Source: Candidatus Gastranaerophilales bacterium (lineage in GTDB: Bacteria; Cyanobacteriota; Vampirovibrionia; Gastranaerophilales; Gastranaerophilaceae). Taken from it: a stretch of 64,000 nt of DNA. The stretch covers positions 1,542 to 65,541 of the forward strand of contig CALUUH010000008.1 in the NCBI GenBank assembly GCA_944323875.1. The letters are read 5' to 3'. The notes beneath the pieces were generated by a model that saw nothing but the letters and a program-made list of their open reading frames with translations, was not told the origin of the DNA and did no database searches. Numbering within the stretch: position 1 is the first letter of the stretch; each line of letters begins with the position of its first letter. This document shows, piece after piece, positions 16,790 to 25,342 of this stretch. The translations under genes were made by a program, and so were the position numbers.

Positions 16790-17634
16790 TGAATTTATAC
16801 TTTGAATGTAAATCAGGAATTTCAGGAGACATGTCGGTTGCAGCACTTTTGGATCTTGGTGCTGACAGAGAAAAACTTGAAAAAGCACTTGCCTCAATGA
16901 AGTTGGATAATGAGTTTACTTATAACATTTCAAAAAAATCAGTAAACGGAATTATGGCAACGGATTTTGATGTAATATTGCCGGATCGTTGTAACGGCGG
17001 ACACAATTGCGGGCATGGGGCACATCACTGCGGACACGGGCATGATGATTGTGAACACGAACACTGCGAAGGTGAACACCATCACCATTGCGGGAATGGA
17101 AATTGCGGACATTCTCACTGCCATGAGCACAGAAATCTGGAGGATGTAAATGCAATTATTGACAGTGCTGATATAACCGACAACGCTAAAAATCTTGCTA
17201 AAAAGATATTTAAAATAGTTGCGGAAGCAGAAAGCAAGGTTCACGGAAAAGAGATAAAAGATGTGCATTTCCATGAAGTCGGCGCAATTGATTCTATAGC
17301 CGATATTGTGAGTTTTGCTGTTCTGTTTGATGATTTGTCACCGGAAAAAGTTTATTTTTCAACATTAACAGACGGACAGGGGTTTGTAATGTGCCAGCAC
17401 GGGAAAATTCCGGTTCCTGTGCCTGCTGTTTGTGAAATAGCAGCGGCTTATAAACTCCCGTTAAAAATAACCGATAATGACGGAGAAATGGTTACTCCGA
17501 CCGGAGCGGCCATTGCTGCGGCTCTTTACACAGGTGAAGAACTTCCCGAAGAATTTGTGATAGAAAAAACAGGATACGGCGCCGGTAAACGCCATTATGA
17601 AAACCCTGTTTTGAGAGTAATGAGTATAAAGTAA
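16789..17634 (+). CDS. larC: LarC N-terminal (LarC1-like) nickel-insertion protein with a His/Cys-rich tract. The C-terminal CTP-binding domain is absent.
   Basis: MNLYFECKSGISGDMSVAALLDLGA. GHNCGHGAHHCGHGHDDCEHEHCEGEHHHHCGNGNCGHSHCHEH. Ends ...GYGAGKRHYENPVLRVMSIK at 281 aa. Confidence 0.8.
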   Translation: MNLYFECKSGISGDMSVAALLDLGADREKLEKALASMKLDNEFTYNISKKSVNGIMATDFDVILPDRCNGGHNCGHGAHHCGHGHDDCEHEHCEGEHHHHCGNGNCGHSHCHEHRNLEDVNAIIDSADITDNAKNLAKKIFKIVAEAESKVHGKEIKDVHFHEVGAIDSIADIVSFAVLFDDLSPEKVYFSTLTDGQGFVMCQHGKIPVPVPAVCEIAAAYKLPLKITDNDGEMVTPTGAAIAAALYTGEELPEEFVIEKTGYGAGKRHYENPVLRVMSIK

Positions 17635-17645
17635 AGGAGGATATT

Positions 17646-18557
17646 ATGCATTTAGGAAATGGTATTATTTGTCCTGTAACAGGACTCCCGATGTTAGCAA
17701 TAGCAGGCGCAACGGCTTATTATGCTTACAAAAAAGCAAGGAAAGATTTTTCAAAAGACCGAATTTTACCTGCTGTTGCCACAACAGGACTTGTTTTTGC
17801 ATTGCAGATGATTAATTTTGCAATACCTGCTACCGGTTCAAGCGGGCATATTGTCGGCGGCATACTGCTGGCGGCTCTGTTAGGGCCGTATGCGGCATTT
17901 CTGGCTATGTGCGCAATTCTGTTGGTTCAGGTGGTATTTTTTGCAGACGGCGGTTTGCTTGCTCTCGGATGTAATATTTTCAACATGGGATTTTTAGCAT
18001 GTTTTGTCGCTTATCCGTTGTTGTTTAAACCGCTTGCAGACAGAAATAAACCTTTCTTAGGCGCTGTTTTGGCATCAATTGCAGCTTTGCAGCTCGGTTC
18101 AATTGCTGTTGTCATAGAAGGCGCGCTTTCAGGTTCTGTTGCACTTAACAGTATTATGAATTTTACAGGTTTAATGCAGGTAATTCACCTTCCTATAGGT
18201 ATTGTTGAAGGTGTTGTTACAGGCATTGCTGCAGTAATTGCAAAAGTAGTTGACAGTAAAAAATTGTCATATACTTTTGCCGGAATTTCAGTTGTTCTTG
18301 CAGGTGTAATTTCACAATACGCTTCACAAAAACCGGACGGACTTGAATGGTCTTTATTAAACATTTCTGATTCTGTTGTTATACAGACACAAGGGATGCT
18401 TTATGCAATGTCAGAAGCTTTGCAGGCTAAAACGTCAATTTTTGCAAGTATGCCGTACACTTTCGGAAGTATAGCAGGATTGGCTGCTGTTGCCGTAATT
18501 ATGTATCTGTTCGGAGTCGTGATGACAAAACATACGGTAAATGAAAATGCAGAATAA
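17646..18557 (+). CDS. CbiM/NikM-type Ni/Co uptake permease fused to a PDGLE domain
   Basis: MHLGNG N-terminus, multiple TM helices, SQKPDGLEWSL near the C-terminus. No cbiQ/cbiO adjacent. Confidence 0.75.
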   Translation: MHLGNGIICPVTGLPMLAIAGATAYYAYKKARKDFSKDRILPAVATTGLVFALQMINFAIPATGSSGHIVGGILLAALLGPYAAFLAMCAILLVQVVFFADGGLLALGCNIFNMGFLACFVAYPLLFKPLADRNKPFLGAVLASIAALQLGSIAVVIEGALSGSVALNSIMNFTGLMQVIHLPIGIVEGVVTGIAAVIAKVVDSKKLSYTFAGISVVLAGVISQYASQKPDGLEWSLLNISDSVVIQTQGMLYAMSEALQAKTSIFASMPYTFGSIAGLAAVAVIMYLFGVVMTKHTVNENAE

Positions 18558-19326
18558 ATTTTCACAACTGAAAAATTATTTATACGACTTGGAAAAGCAG
18601 GGTTTATACCTTGCTTTTTCCGGTGGTATTGACAGCACGCTTTTGCTCTGGATTTGTAAGGATTTAGATATTATTGCAGTGACTCTTAAATCGGTTTTTC
18701 AAACAGAAGAAGAAATTAAACAGACAAGAAAAATATGCGACAAATACGGAGTAAAACAAAAAATCGTAGAATTTTTTCCTCTGGAAAGCGATATCTTAAA
18801 AAATAATCCTAAAGACAGATGTTATCACTGCAAAAAATTGTTTTTTACCAGACTAAAAGAAATATCAAAGGACGGCTGTGTGATAGACGGCACAAATTTT
18901 GATGACCTTAGTGTATATAGACCCGGTTTAAAAGCATTAAAAGAACTCGGGATAATTTCACCTTTTGCAAAATTTGAAATTACCAAACAAGAAATTAGAG
19001 ATTATGCAAAAGAATGCGGAATAGAAATTTTTGACAAACCTTCAACCCCGTGCCTTGCAACAAGATTTCCTTACGGTACAGAATTGACACCTGAAAAATT
19101 AGCGCTGGTTGAACAGGGTGAAAAAATATTGAGAAGTTTCGGGTTTAATTGTTGCCGTCTGCGCATGCACGGTGATATTGCAAGGATAGAAATACCAGTC
19201 TCTCAATTCGCACAATTTTTAACTGCAAAAGACGATATTATAAAAGCTTTGAAAACACTCAATATAACCTACATAACCCTTGATATGGAAGGTTTTAGAA
19301 GCGGAAGTATGGACATAGTTAAATAA
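18541..19326 (+). CDS. larE: LarE, ATP-dependent sulfur transferase (PP-loop)
   Basis: LAFSGGIDSTLLL PP-loop. CYHC plus STPCLATRF cysteines. An alternative ATG lies at 18547. Confidence 0.85.
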   Translation: MKMQNKFSQLKNYLYDLEKQGLYLAFSGGIDSTLLLWICKDLDIIAVTLKSVFQTEEEIKQTRKICDKYGVKQKIVEFFPLESDILKNNPKDRCYHCKKLFFTRLKEISKDGCVIDGTNFDDLSVYRPGLKALKELGIISPFAKFEITKQEIRDYAKECGIEIFDKPSTPCLATRFPYGTELTPEKLALVEQGEKILRSFGFNCCRLRMHGDIARIEIPVSQFAQFLTAKDDIIKALKTLNITYITLDMEGFRSGSMDIVK

Positions 19327-19380
19327 TATTTTACTACATTCATGTTTATAATAAAATAACCATGAAAGGATTAAAAAATT

Positions 19381-19677
19381 ATGAAAACTCAAAGTATTAC
19401 CCCGAATTTCACAGGTAAATTTACTATTCCGAATGCAGGTAATAATAAAAATGTTACTTATTTATACAACAAAGTTTCAACACTTGTAAAAGATAATCAT
19501 GTAACAGCAAATTTTCATCGCGATAAAATTGAAATAGCTTCTCACAATTCAGCGGACAAAAAGATTAGAAAAGGGCTGAAACAGTTAGGTATTGAATATA
19601 CAGAAAAAGAACCGCCTAAACAGAATAAATTACTGGAATTAGCACACAACTTAATTTCTCAATTTATTCCTCAATAG
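19381..19677 (+). CDS. Hypothetical protein
   Basis: 98-aa ORF. RBS-like AAAGGA upstream. N-terminus MKTQSITPNFTGKF. Confidence 0.45.
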   Translation: MKTQSITPNFTGKFTIPNAGNNKNVTYLYNKVSTLVKDNHVTANFHRDKIEIASHNSADKKIRKGLKQLGIEYTEKEPPKQNKLLELAHNLISQFIPQ

Positions 19678-19684
19678 GAACAAT

Positions 19685-20149
19685 CTACAGTCCGTATTTT
19701 TGTTTTATCTCAACGAGAATAAGCATATTGGGGTAATATTGCGGACAGTAACTGTATGGAGTCATCAGTTTTGCGGTTGTTTTTAATTCTTTTGCCGCGG
19801 AAGGTCTGTCATAAAGGTCATTTACATAAGTATTAACAACCATTGCAACAGAACTCGTTGCTGCATCTAAAATGCTGCACAAATTTTGCGGTTGATTTTC
19901 GGAGGCTTCCGGAGTATTTTCCGCAAGTAGTACACGGCAGTCATTACTCTGTTTTTTCATAAATTTGAATTTACTGAAAGGATTTATGTTTTTTGTAATC
20001 AGTTTTGCCAATAATTCCTCGTTCTGGCAAATATTTGTTATTTCAATCTGTTGTCTTGAAATAATAAAATTTTTAATCCCGAAAAAGCCCCAGAGTAAAA
20101 CCAAAATTCCAAGCGCAATAGCAAGCGACTTCCAGTATTTTTTTAACAT
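19685..20149 (-). CDS. Hypothetical membrane-anchored protein
   Basis: 154 aa with one N-terminal TM (SLAIALGILVLLWGFFGI). Confidence 0.45.
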   Translation of the reverse strand: MLKKYWKSLAIALGILVLLWGFFGIKNFIISRQQIEITNICQNEELLAKLITKNINPFSKFKFMKKQSNDCRVLLAENTPEASENQPQNLCSILDAATSSVAMVVNTYVNDLYDRPSAAKELKTTAKLMTPYSYCPQYYPNMLILVEIKQKYGL

Positions 20150-20214
20150 ATAACTTCCTAAAAAATTTAACCTGACATTTATATTATAACTTATTTTTTA
20201 ATAAGTTTCAACCC

Positions 20215-20694
20215 CTAATGTCTTATGCAGCAGCGCTCGAGTTTACGGACAAAACGTGTAGGCAGATTTTCTGTTTTTGCGGTTATAGAATCCACCAATA
20301 TGGTTTTGCAGCCAAGCTTTTTTCCGCACCAGATATCTGTCAGCGGTCTGTCACCTACTAAAACAGCAGTTTCAGCAGTAATTCCGTGTTCTTGCATAAA
20401 TTTAGCGGCTTTAGTGCAAGAAGGTTTATTTGCGTCAAAAAGTATCGGAAAATCTGATATTGCCTGGACTTTTTTTATGTAATCTGGATTTTTATTGTTT
20501 GATATTACTCCGATAAAGAAATTCTGCGCAACTTTATCCAGCCAGTCAAGGGTTTTAAGTGTGTACGTGCCTGATTTTGAGGCCATTATCGTACTGTCGA
20601 GATCAAACAACATTGCCTTTATTCCGATTTTTTGCAATTCTTCCAGATCTATTGCATATATATCTTCTACATTGTAATCAGGTTTAAGAAACAT
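20215..20694 (-). CDS. YqeG-family HAD phosphatase (HAD-IIIA)
   Basis: MLFDLDSTI (DxD motif), VISNN, GDRPLTDI. Confidence 0.75.
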   Translation of the reverse strand: MFLKPDYNVEDIYAIDLEELQKIGIKAMLFDLDSTIMASKSGTYTLKTLDWLDKVAQNFFIGVISNNKNPDYIKKVQAISDFPILFDANKPSCTKAAKFMQEHGITAETAVLVGDRPLTDIWCGKKLGCKTILVDSITAKTENLPTRFVRKLERCCIRH

Positions 20695-21928
20695 GCTGTT
20701 TTACTCCTATTGTGCGGGCTATTGCATACTTGTAATCAATCGGGCTTTGTGAAAATTTTATATAGATATCATCATTTGTATTAGCAAGTTCAACTTCCTC
20801 GCCCAATTCATTTTTAATTGAAACCACTTTTGATTTGAATTGCTCATGTGGAGTTATAATTTCTATTTCATCATTCAGCAGCATTTTGTTTTTGATTTTA
20901 ACCAGATAGTAATCTTCATCAGTTTTGAAACCTTTGAATTCGCATAAGAAATCCGCGCCGGCCAATCCTTTAGATATATCGTAGCTGTAACTGTCACCGT
21001 TGTTGTCACCTAATGCAAATCCGAGTGTATAGCCGCGGTTGCCGACTTTTTGCAGTTCGGTAAAGTATTTGTGCAAATCATCTGTTTTGCCGGCTAATAT
21101 TTCATCAATAGCGCCGCGGTAAGCCTTTGCTACAGCAGAAACATAATAAAGACTTTTGGTACGTCCTTCTATTTTAAGAGAGTCTACGCCTGCTTCAATC
21201 AACTGCGGCAAGTATTCCACAAGACACAAATCTTTCGGGCTCAAAATATGAGATCCGCGTTCATCCTGATTAATCTCGTAATATTCATCAGGACGTGTGC
21301 TTTCAACGAGTTTGTAACTCCATCTGCAAGGCTGTGAACAGTTGCCATGATTAGCTTTGCGTTCTCCTTTTGAAAAATAATCGCTCAAAAGGCATCTTCC
21401 TGAAAAAGATACGCATTGCGCCCCGTGTACAAAGCATTCCAGTTCAATATCGGGAACTTCTTTTCTTATTTCTGCAATGTCTTTAATCGGCAGTTCTCTG
21501 GCCAGAATTACACGGCTTGCGCCAAGGTCGCGCCAGAATTTAACGCTCTCATAATTCAGGGTATTTGTTTGTGTGCTTACATGAACCTGTGTTTGCGGCA
21601 TATATTTTCTGACAAGATTAAAAATACCGAAATCACTTAAAATAACAGCATCCGGAGCTGCATCCTTAAATCTGTCTATGCAGCTTTCCAAAAGTTTTAT
21701 ATCATTGTTAAACGCAAAAATATTCAGCGTTAAATAAGCCTTTGCTCCGAGAGAATGTGCCAGTTCAACTGCATGTTTCAAATTCTCAAGTGTGATAAGT
21801 TCGCCTTTACGCATTGCGCGCAGGCTAAAATCCACAACACCAAGATACACTGCATCCGCACCGTATCTAATAGCGTATTCCAATTTTTCCAAATTACCCG
21901 CAGGTAACAACAGTTCTACTTTTTGCAT
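20684..21928 (-). CDS. Peptidase U32 family protein
   Basis: 414 aa. ELLLPAGNLEKL...GADAVYLG, the conserved E-x-F-x-H-G-(A)-x-C block (ECFVHGAQCVSFSGRCLLS) and SLKIEGR. Confidence 0.85.
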   Translation of the reverse strand: MQKVELLLPAGNLEKLEYAIRYGADAVYLGVVDFSLRAMRKGELITLENLKHAVELAHSLGAKAYLTLNIFAFNNDIKLLESCIDRFKDAAPDAVILSDFGIFNLVRKYMPQTQVHVSTQTNTLNYESVKFWRDLGASRVILARELPIKDIAEIRKEVPDIELECFVHGAQCVSFSGRCLLSDYFSKGERKANHGNCSQPCRWSYKLVESTRPDEYYEINQDERGSHILSPKDLCLVEYLPQLIEAGVDSLKIEGRTKSLYYVSAVAKAYRGAIDEILAGKTDDLHKYFTELQKVGNRGYTLGFALGDNNGDSYSYDISKGLAGADFLCEFKGFKTDEDYYLVKIKNKMLLNDEIEIITPHEQFKSKVVSIKNELGEEVELANTNDDIYIKFSQSPIDYKYAIARTIGVKQHVS

Positions 21929-22035
21929 AACTGTATAATACCCGAAAGGTGATAAATAATCAACCGAATAGGTGATGTCTGTTTGTGATAAATGTGGACA
22001 ATATAATTATCAAAAGAATTTATGGAGATGAAAGT

Positions 22036-22170
22036 ATGCAAACAATAGAAAATGCAGCAACAACTATTAAAGAAATTTGGGAGTATCAACACCCTCTAAT
22101 GCATATGTGGTTTGGTATTAGTGCTTTATCATTATGTTTTATGTTTGCATTAATATATTTTATAATTTAA
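22036..22170 (+). CDS. Possible small membrane protein
   Basis: 44 aa from an ATG with GGAG 9 nt upstream. C-terminal hydrophobic helix WFGISALSLCFMFALIYFII. Confidence 0.3.
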   Translation: MQTIENAATTIKEIWEYQHPLMHMWFGISALSLCFMFALIYFII

Positions 22171-22224
22171 CATAGCAAAAAATCCATTTTTCGGTTTTAT
22201 ATTATTCATCAGAAAGGTCACAGT

Positions 22225-22776
22225 ATGGGTAATATAAGTTTTCAGGCTAATTATATAAAACCGGTTTACGTCAGGAAAAAGGATGCGGATGATAATTTCC
22301 ATCCTTATAAAACCTCTATGGTTGAGATGGATAAAACTTCTGCAAATGATCGTAGAGTCTTGAATGCGCTTTCCCACGGCTGGGGAAGATATAACTTTGT
22401 GTCAGATATTTACTTTGATATAGAGCGTGATTACTTCGCGGGACGGGATAATTCTAACAAACATGTTTTTGCGATAACCTCACAGGTTGATGATTTTGAT
22501 AATTTGCGTGCTGATGATGTGCTTGCCGTTGCAGAATTTATAGAAAAGAAGAACTTAAACGAATTAGAATATCTGCAGGTCAATCCTGATTGTGCTTATG
22601 TAAATCCGCATTCCTGTTTTAAAAATATCGGTTCTGTAATGCTGAATTTTCTTGCCGACCGTTTCCCTGATAAAATTATTAAAGTATTCCCGACAAGTAC
22701 TGCTGTAGCAAGCTTTTATAAGAAAAACAGCTATTCCGTTATGCCGGAAGATTCAAGATATCTATGGAATGGCTAG
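22225..22776 (+). CDS. Hypothetical protein (weak GNAT-like C-terminal half)
   Basis: 183-aa ORF. LEYLQVNP...KNIGSVMLNFL...FYKKNSY loosely resembles GNAT motif A. Confidence 0.45.
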   Translation: MGNISFQANYIKPVYVRKKDADDNFHPYKTSMVEMDKTSANDRRVLNALSHGWGRYNFVSDIYFDIERDYFAGRDNSNKHVFAITSQVDDFDNLRADDVLAVAEFIEKKNLNELEYLQVNPDCAYVNPHSCFKNIGSVMLNFLADRFPDKIIKVFPTSTAVASFYKKNSYSVMPEDSRYLWNG

Positions 22777-23777
22777 GCATTTATTTTAACTGCTTCTTGC
22801 TCAAGATGCTGATTAGCGCCTATAACCTGAGAATATAAATCCACCCCGACAAAACAGTTTGATGCAACTATACTGTCTTTGATTTTTACGTTGTCGTCAA
22901 TCTTGACATTATCCCAGATAATACAGTTTTCAAGGGTTACATTCTTTCCGAAACTGCAATTTTTACCTATTGTACAATTGCCAAGAATGTTTGCCTTAAT
23001 ATTCTCTGTTTCGGAAATGTATTTTCCCGTCGCGGTTTGTACAACAGGTGAGTGATTAAATTTGCACAAGCCGTTAAACAAATCCTGTGTGGACTGTCTG
23101 TACTGGTCTAAAGTCCCGATATCACTCCAATATTCATCTATCTCAAAAGTATTTATCTGTTTGAGTGAGACAAGTTGCGGAAAAACATTTTTCGCAAAAT
23201 CATAAAATGTATCTTTCGGGATAAATTCAAAAATTCTATAATTAAAGATATAAATTCCGGTATTTATGAAATTGCTTTTAGCATCTTCAATAGGCGGTTT
23301 TTCCTGAAATTCAGTTATAAAACCGTCATCATCGGTCACAACAACCCCGAAATTCGGAATATCTTCCATCGGAACCTGTTTAATCCCGATAGTGGCAATA
23401 GCCTCTGATTGTTTATGAATTTCAATCCCTTTTGCCAAATCTGCATTAGAAAGTCCGTCAGCAGAAAGCACAACAAAATCTTCATTTTCATCAAAGAAGA
23501 ATTGACATTTTTTCAAGCCGCCGGCCGTTCCGGAAAGATTTTCTTCTCTAATATAATTAAATCTGACGCCATACGGATTATTAGAATATCGTTCAATAAT
23601 CTTGTCTGCAAGATAATATGTATTGGCTACGACATCACGTACGCCAATAGATGCAAGTTTTTCCAGCAAAATATCCATGACCGGTCTGTTTGCGACAGGA
23701 ACAAGAGGTTTAGGAAGATTTTGTGTAACAGGGTCAAGTCTTGAGCCTACGCCTGCAGCCATTATCATTGCTTTCAT
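22773..23777 (-). CDS. Sugar-1-phosphate nucleotidyltransferase with a C-terminal left-handed beta-helix
   Basis: MAAGVGSRLDPVTQNLPKPLVPVANRPVMD signature. The C-terminus has hexapeptide-like repeats (NCTIGKNCSFGKNVTLENCIIWDNVKIDDNVKI). Confidence 0.85.
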   Translation of the reverse strand: MKAMIMAAGVGSRLDPVTQNLPKPLVPVANRPVMDILLEKLASIGVRDVVANTYYLADKIIERYSNNPYGVRFNYIREENLSGTAGGLKKCQFFFDENEDFVVLSADGLSNADLAKGIEIHKQSEAIATIGIKQVPMEDIPNFGVVVTDDDGFITEFQEKPPIEDAKSNFINTGIYIFNYRIFEFIPKDTFYDFAKNVFPQLVSLKQINTFEIDEYWSDIGTLDQYRQSTQDLFNGLCKFNHSPVVQTATGKYISETENIKANILGNCTIGKNCSFGKNVTLENCIIWDNVKIDDNVKIKDSIVASNCFVGVDLYSQVIGANQHLEQEAVKINA

Positions 23778-23932
23778 GGATTTTCCTTCTTTTTTCTGTA
23801 AGTATTATTATTTTGACATAAAAAATTGCATGTGGCAAATTTTGTTAAGGAAATATAATTTGCAATTTTACTTGATTTTTATGTTTTTAGATGATAAATT
23901 AGAAAACAGAGAAATGAATAAATACAATTTGT

Positions 23933-24004
23933 GGGCGTGTGGCGCAGTGGTAGCGCAGTTGACTCTTAATCAATTGGTCGTGGGTTCGAATCCCACCGCG
24001 CCCA
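23933..24004 (+). tRNA. tRNA-Lys (anticodon CUU)
   Basis: Acceptor GGGCGTG/CGCGCCC, D arm GCGC-AGTGGTA-GCGC, anticodon stem-loop GTTGA-CTCTTAA-TCAAT, T arm GTGGG-TTCGAAT-CCCAC, discriminator A. Confidence 0.9.
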
Positions 24005-24021
24005 GTTACTTTTTCTTTGGT

Positions 24022-24254
24022 AAAAAGAAAAAGTAACCAAAAAGAAAACCACACTCTAACAACCTAAAAAAGCAGGCGAAAAAGAAAATTGAACATAAGG
24101 TTTATCTAAAAAGAAAAAGTAACAAAAAAGAAAACCATACTCCAGCAACCTAAAAAGTAGGCAAAAAAGAAAATTGAACATAAGGTTTATCTAAAAAGAA
24201 AAGTAACCAAAAAGAAAACCATATTCCAGCAACCTAAAAAAGCAGGCAAAAAAG
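24022..24254. repeat. About 2.7 tandem copies of an 85-86-bp A-rich unit immediately 3' of tRNA-Lys(CUU)
   Basis: Units at 24022-24107, 24108-24192 and 24193-~24254, differing by a few substitutions or indels. The first unit overlaps a perfect 14-bp hairpin (GTTACTTTTTCTTT/AAAGAAAAAGTAAC, 24005-24037). Confidence 0.9.
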
Positions 24255-24297
24255 TTTGTAGGTTCTTGTTCATACCCCGATTAATCTATTGTTTAAA

Positions 24298-25275
24298 TCA
24301 CGTAGAAACGCGCTGGTCGCCGAATAAGAATACCTGTAAGATACTTTCATTTTGTTTTATCGGACGGTAAAAGTCTTTTACTAAAACTAATTGGGTTTGG
24401 ATTAGATCAGCATTAATGCTTCGCAGGTAGTTCTCTAATCTTTCTGATGTTTTTGTATATTTTTTCTGTTTAACAAAGGCATAAAAGACGGTTTTGCGTC
24501 TGGAAATTTCACTTAGTGCAAAGTCAAGAATATCGTCATAAGAAATATCGTAACCGTCGTTAGTAGATAGATCAATTATGAAATTCACATTATCCTCGGT
24601 TGTAATAGATAAATACGCAATAATACGGCCTTTGGCCGGTTCTTCCATAACATAACGGTTTTTGTAAGCATTTGCAAAGCCAGCAAATGTCGGTTCCTGA
24701 TATTCCTCTTTTGTTCTGTCTAAAGACGGCCTGTAAAGGCTTACCAGTTCGCCGTTAAACAGTCTTGAAACAGCTTTTGCATCGGATTTTTGGCAGTAGC
24801 GGAATAAATTCGGGCTGTGGTTTTCGCTTTTTGTGTTTTCAAGCTTCCAAAGGCATTCGCAGGAACATTGCCGGAAGCCGCAGCCGCTCCTGAATAAGTC
24901 CACAAGTTCTTCGTGAGACTCGTCCACCATTACATTAAACGAAACAGCGCCTTGAGCCCCGAATCTTGCAATAACAAAATCAATAAGCTGTTTCCCGACT
25001 TCGTAGTAGTTTTGCTTAAAAATTAGGCGTGTAATGTTAATTTTATAAGGATTACCATAAGTCGGAACGATTGTTATTAGACCTTGTATTTCACCTTCAT
25101 CCAGCAGAATATAGGACTCTGGCAGAACTCTGTATTTGAGCGGCAAAAGAGCACTCAGCATAACAAACGCTTCCCTCATAAGCGCTTTAGAAAATTCGTT
25201 CTCGCCGCCGAGGTAGGATATCATTTTTTTGATTTTCGGTCTGTCGAAACAGTTCAAACGTCTTATTCTGCTCAT
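24298..25275 (-). CDS. Hypothetical protein with two GNAT-like halves
   Basis: Start moved to the ATG at 25275 (MSRIRRL...), because the longer ORF overlaps the divergent dehydrogenase gene. GEIQGLITIVP...VGKQLIDFVIARFGAQGA resembles an acetyltransferase fold (weak). Confidence 0.5.
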   Translation of the reverse strand: MSRIRRLNCFDRPKIKKMISYLGGENEFSKALMREAFVMLSALLPLKYRVLPESYILLDEGEIQGLITIVPTYGNPYKINITRLIFKQNYYEVGKQLIDFVIARFGAQGAVSFNVMVDESHEELVDLFRSGCGFRQCSCECLWKLENTKSENHSPNLFRYCQKSDAKAVSRLFNGELVSLYRPSLDRTKEEYQEPTFAGFANAYKNRYVMEEPAKGRIIAYLSITTEDNVNFIIDLSTNDGYDISYDDILDFALSEISRRKTVFYAFVKQKKYTKTSERLENYLRSINADLIQTQLVLVKDFYRPIKQNESILQVFLFGDQRVST

Positions 25276-25342
25276 ATAACTATTATAATATTTTTTGCAG
25301 CATTTTTCAAGTTTATGGTAAAATTTTTTTGAGAGGTTTGCT

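Noticed and set aside
16939-17274. Antisense ORFs (111 and 67 aa) over the LarC His-rich tract.
   Set aside because: This is the reverse complement of the CAC/CAT-rich region. The sense strand has clear LarC homology.
23623-24036. 137-aa + strand ORF spanning tRNA-Lys(CUU).
   Set aside because: It reads through the nucleotidyltransferase gene antisense and through the tRNA, so it is not coding.
24022-24254. The tandem repeats, and the octamer arrays at 10654-10739, considered as a CRISPR array.
   Set aside because: The units are directly adjacent with no unique spacers. Unit lengths (85 bp and 8 bp) are wrong for CRISPR. No cas genes or leader are present.
3222-24300. A prophage or integrative island anchored at either tRNA-Lys gene.
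   Set aside because: No integrase, transposase, phage structural or conjugation genes lie next to either tRNA. Flanking genes are housekeeping-type and similarly AT-rich by eye.
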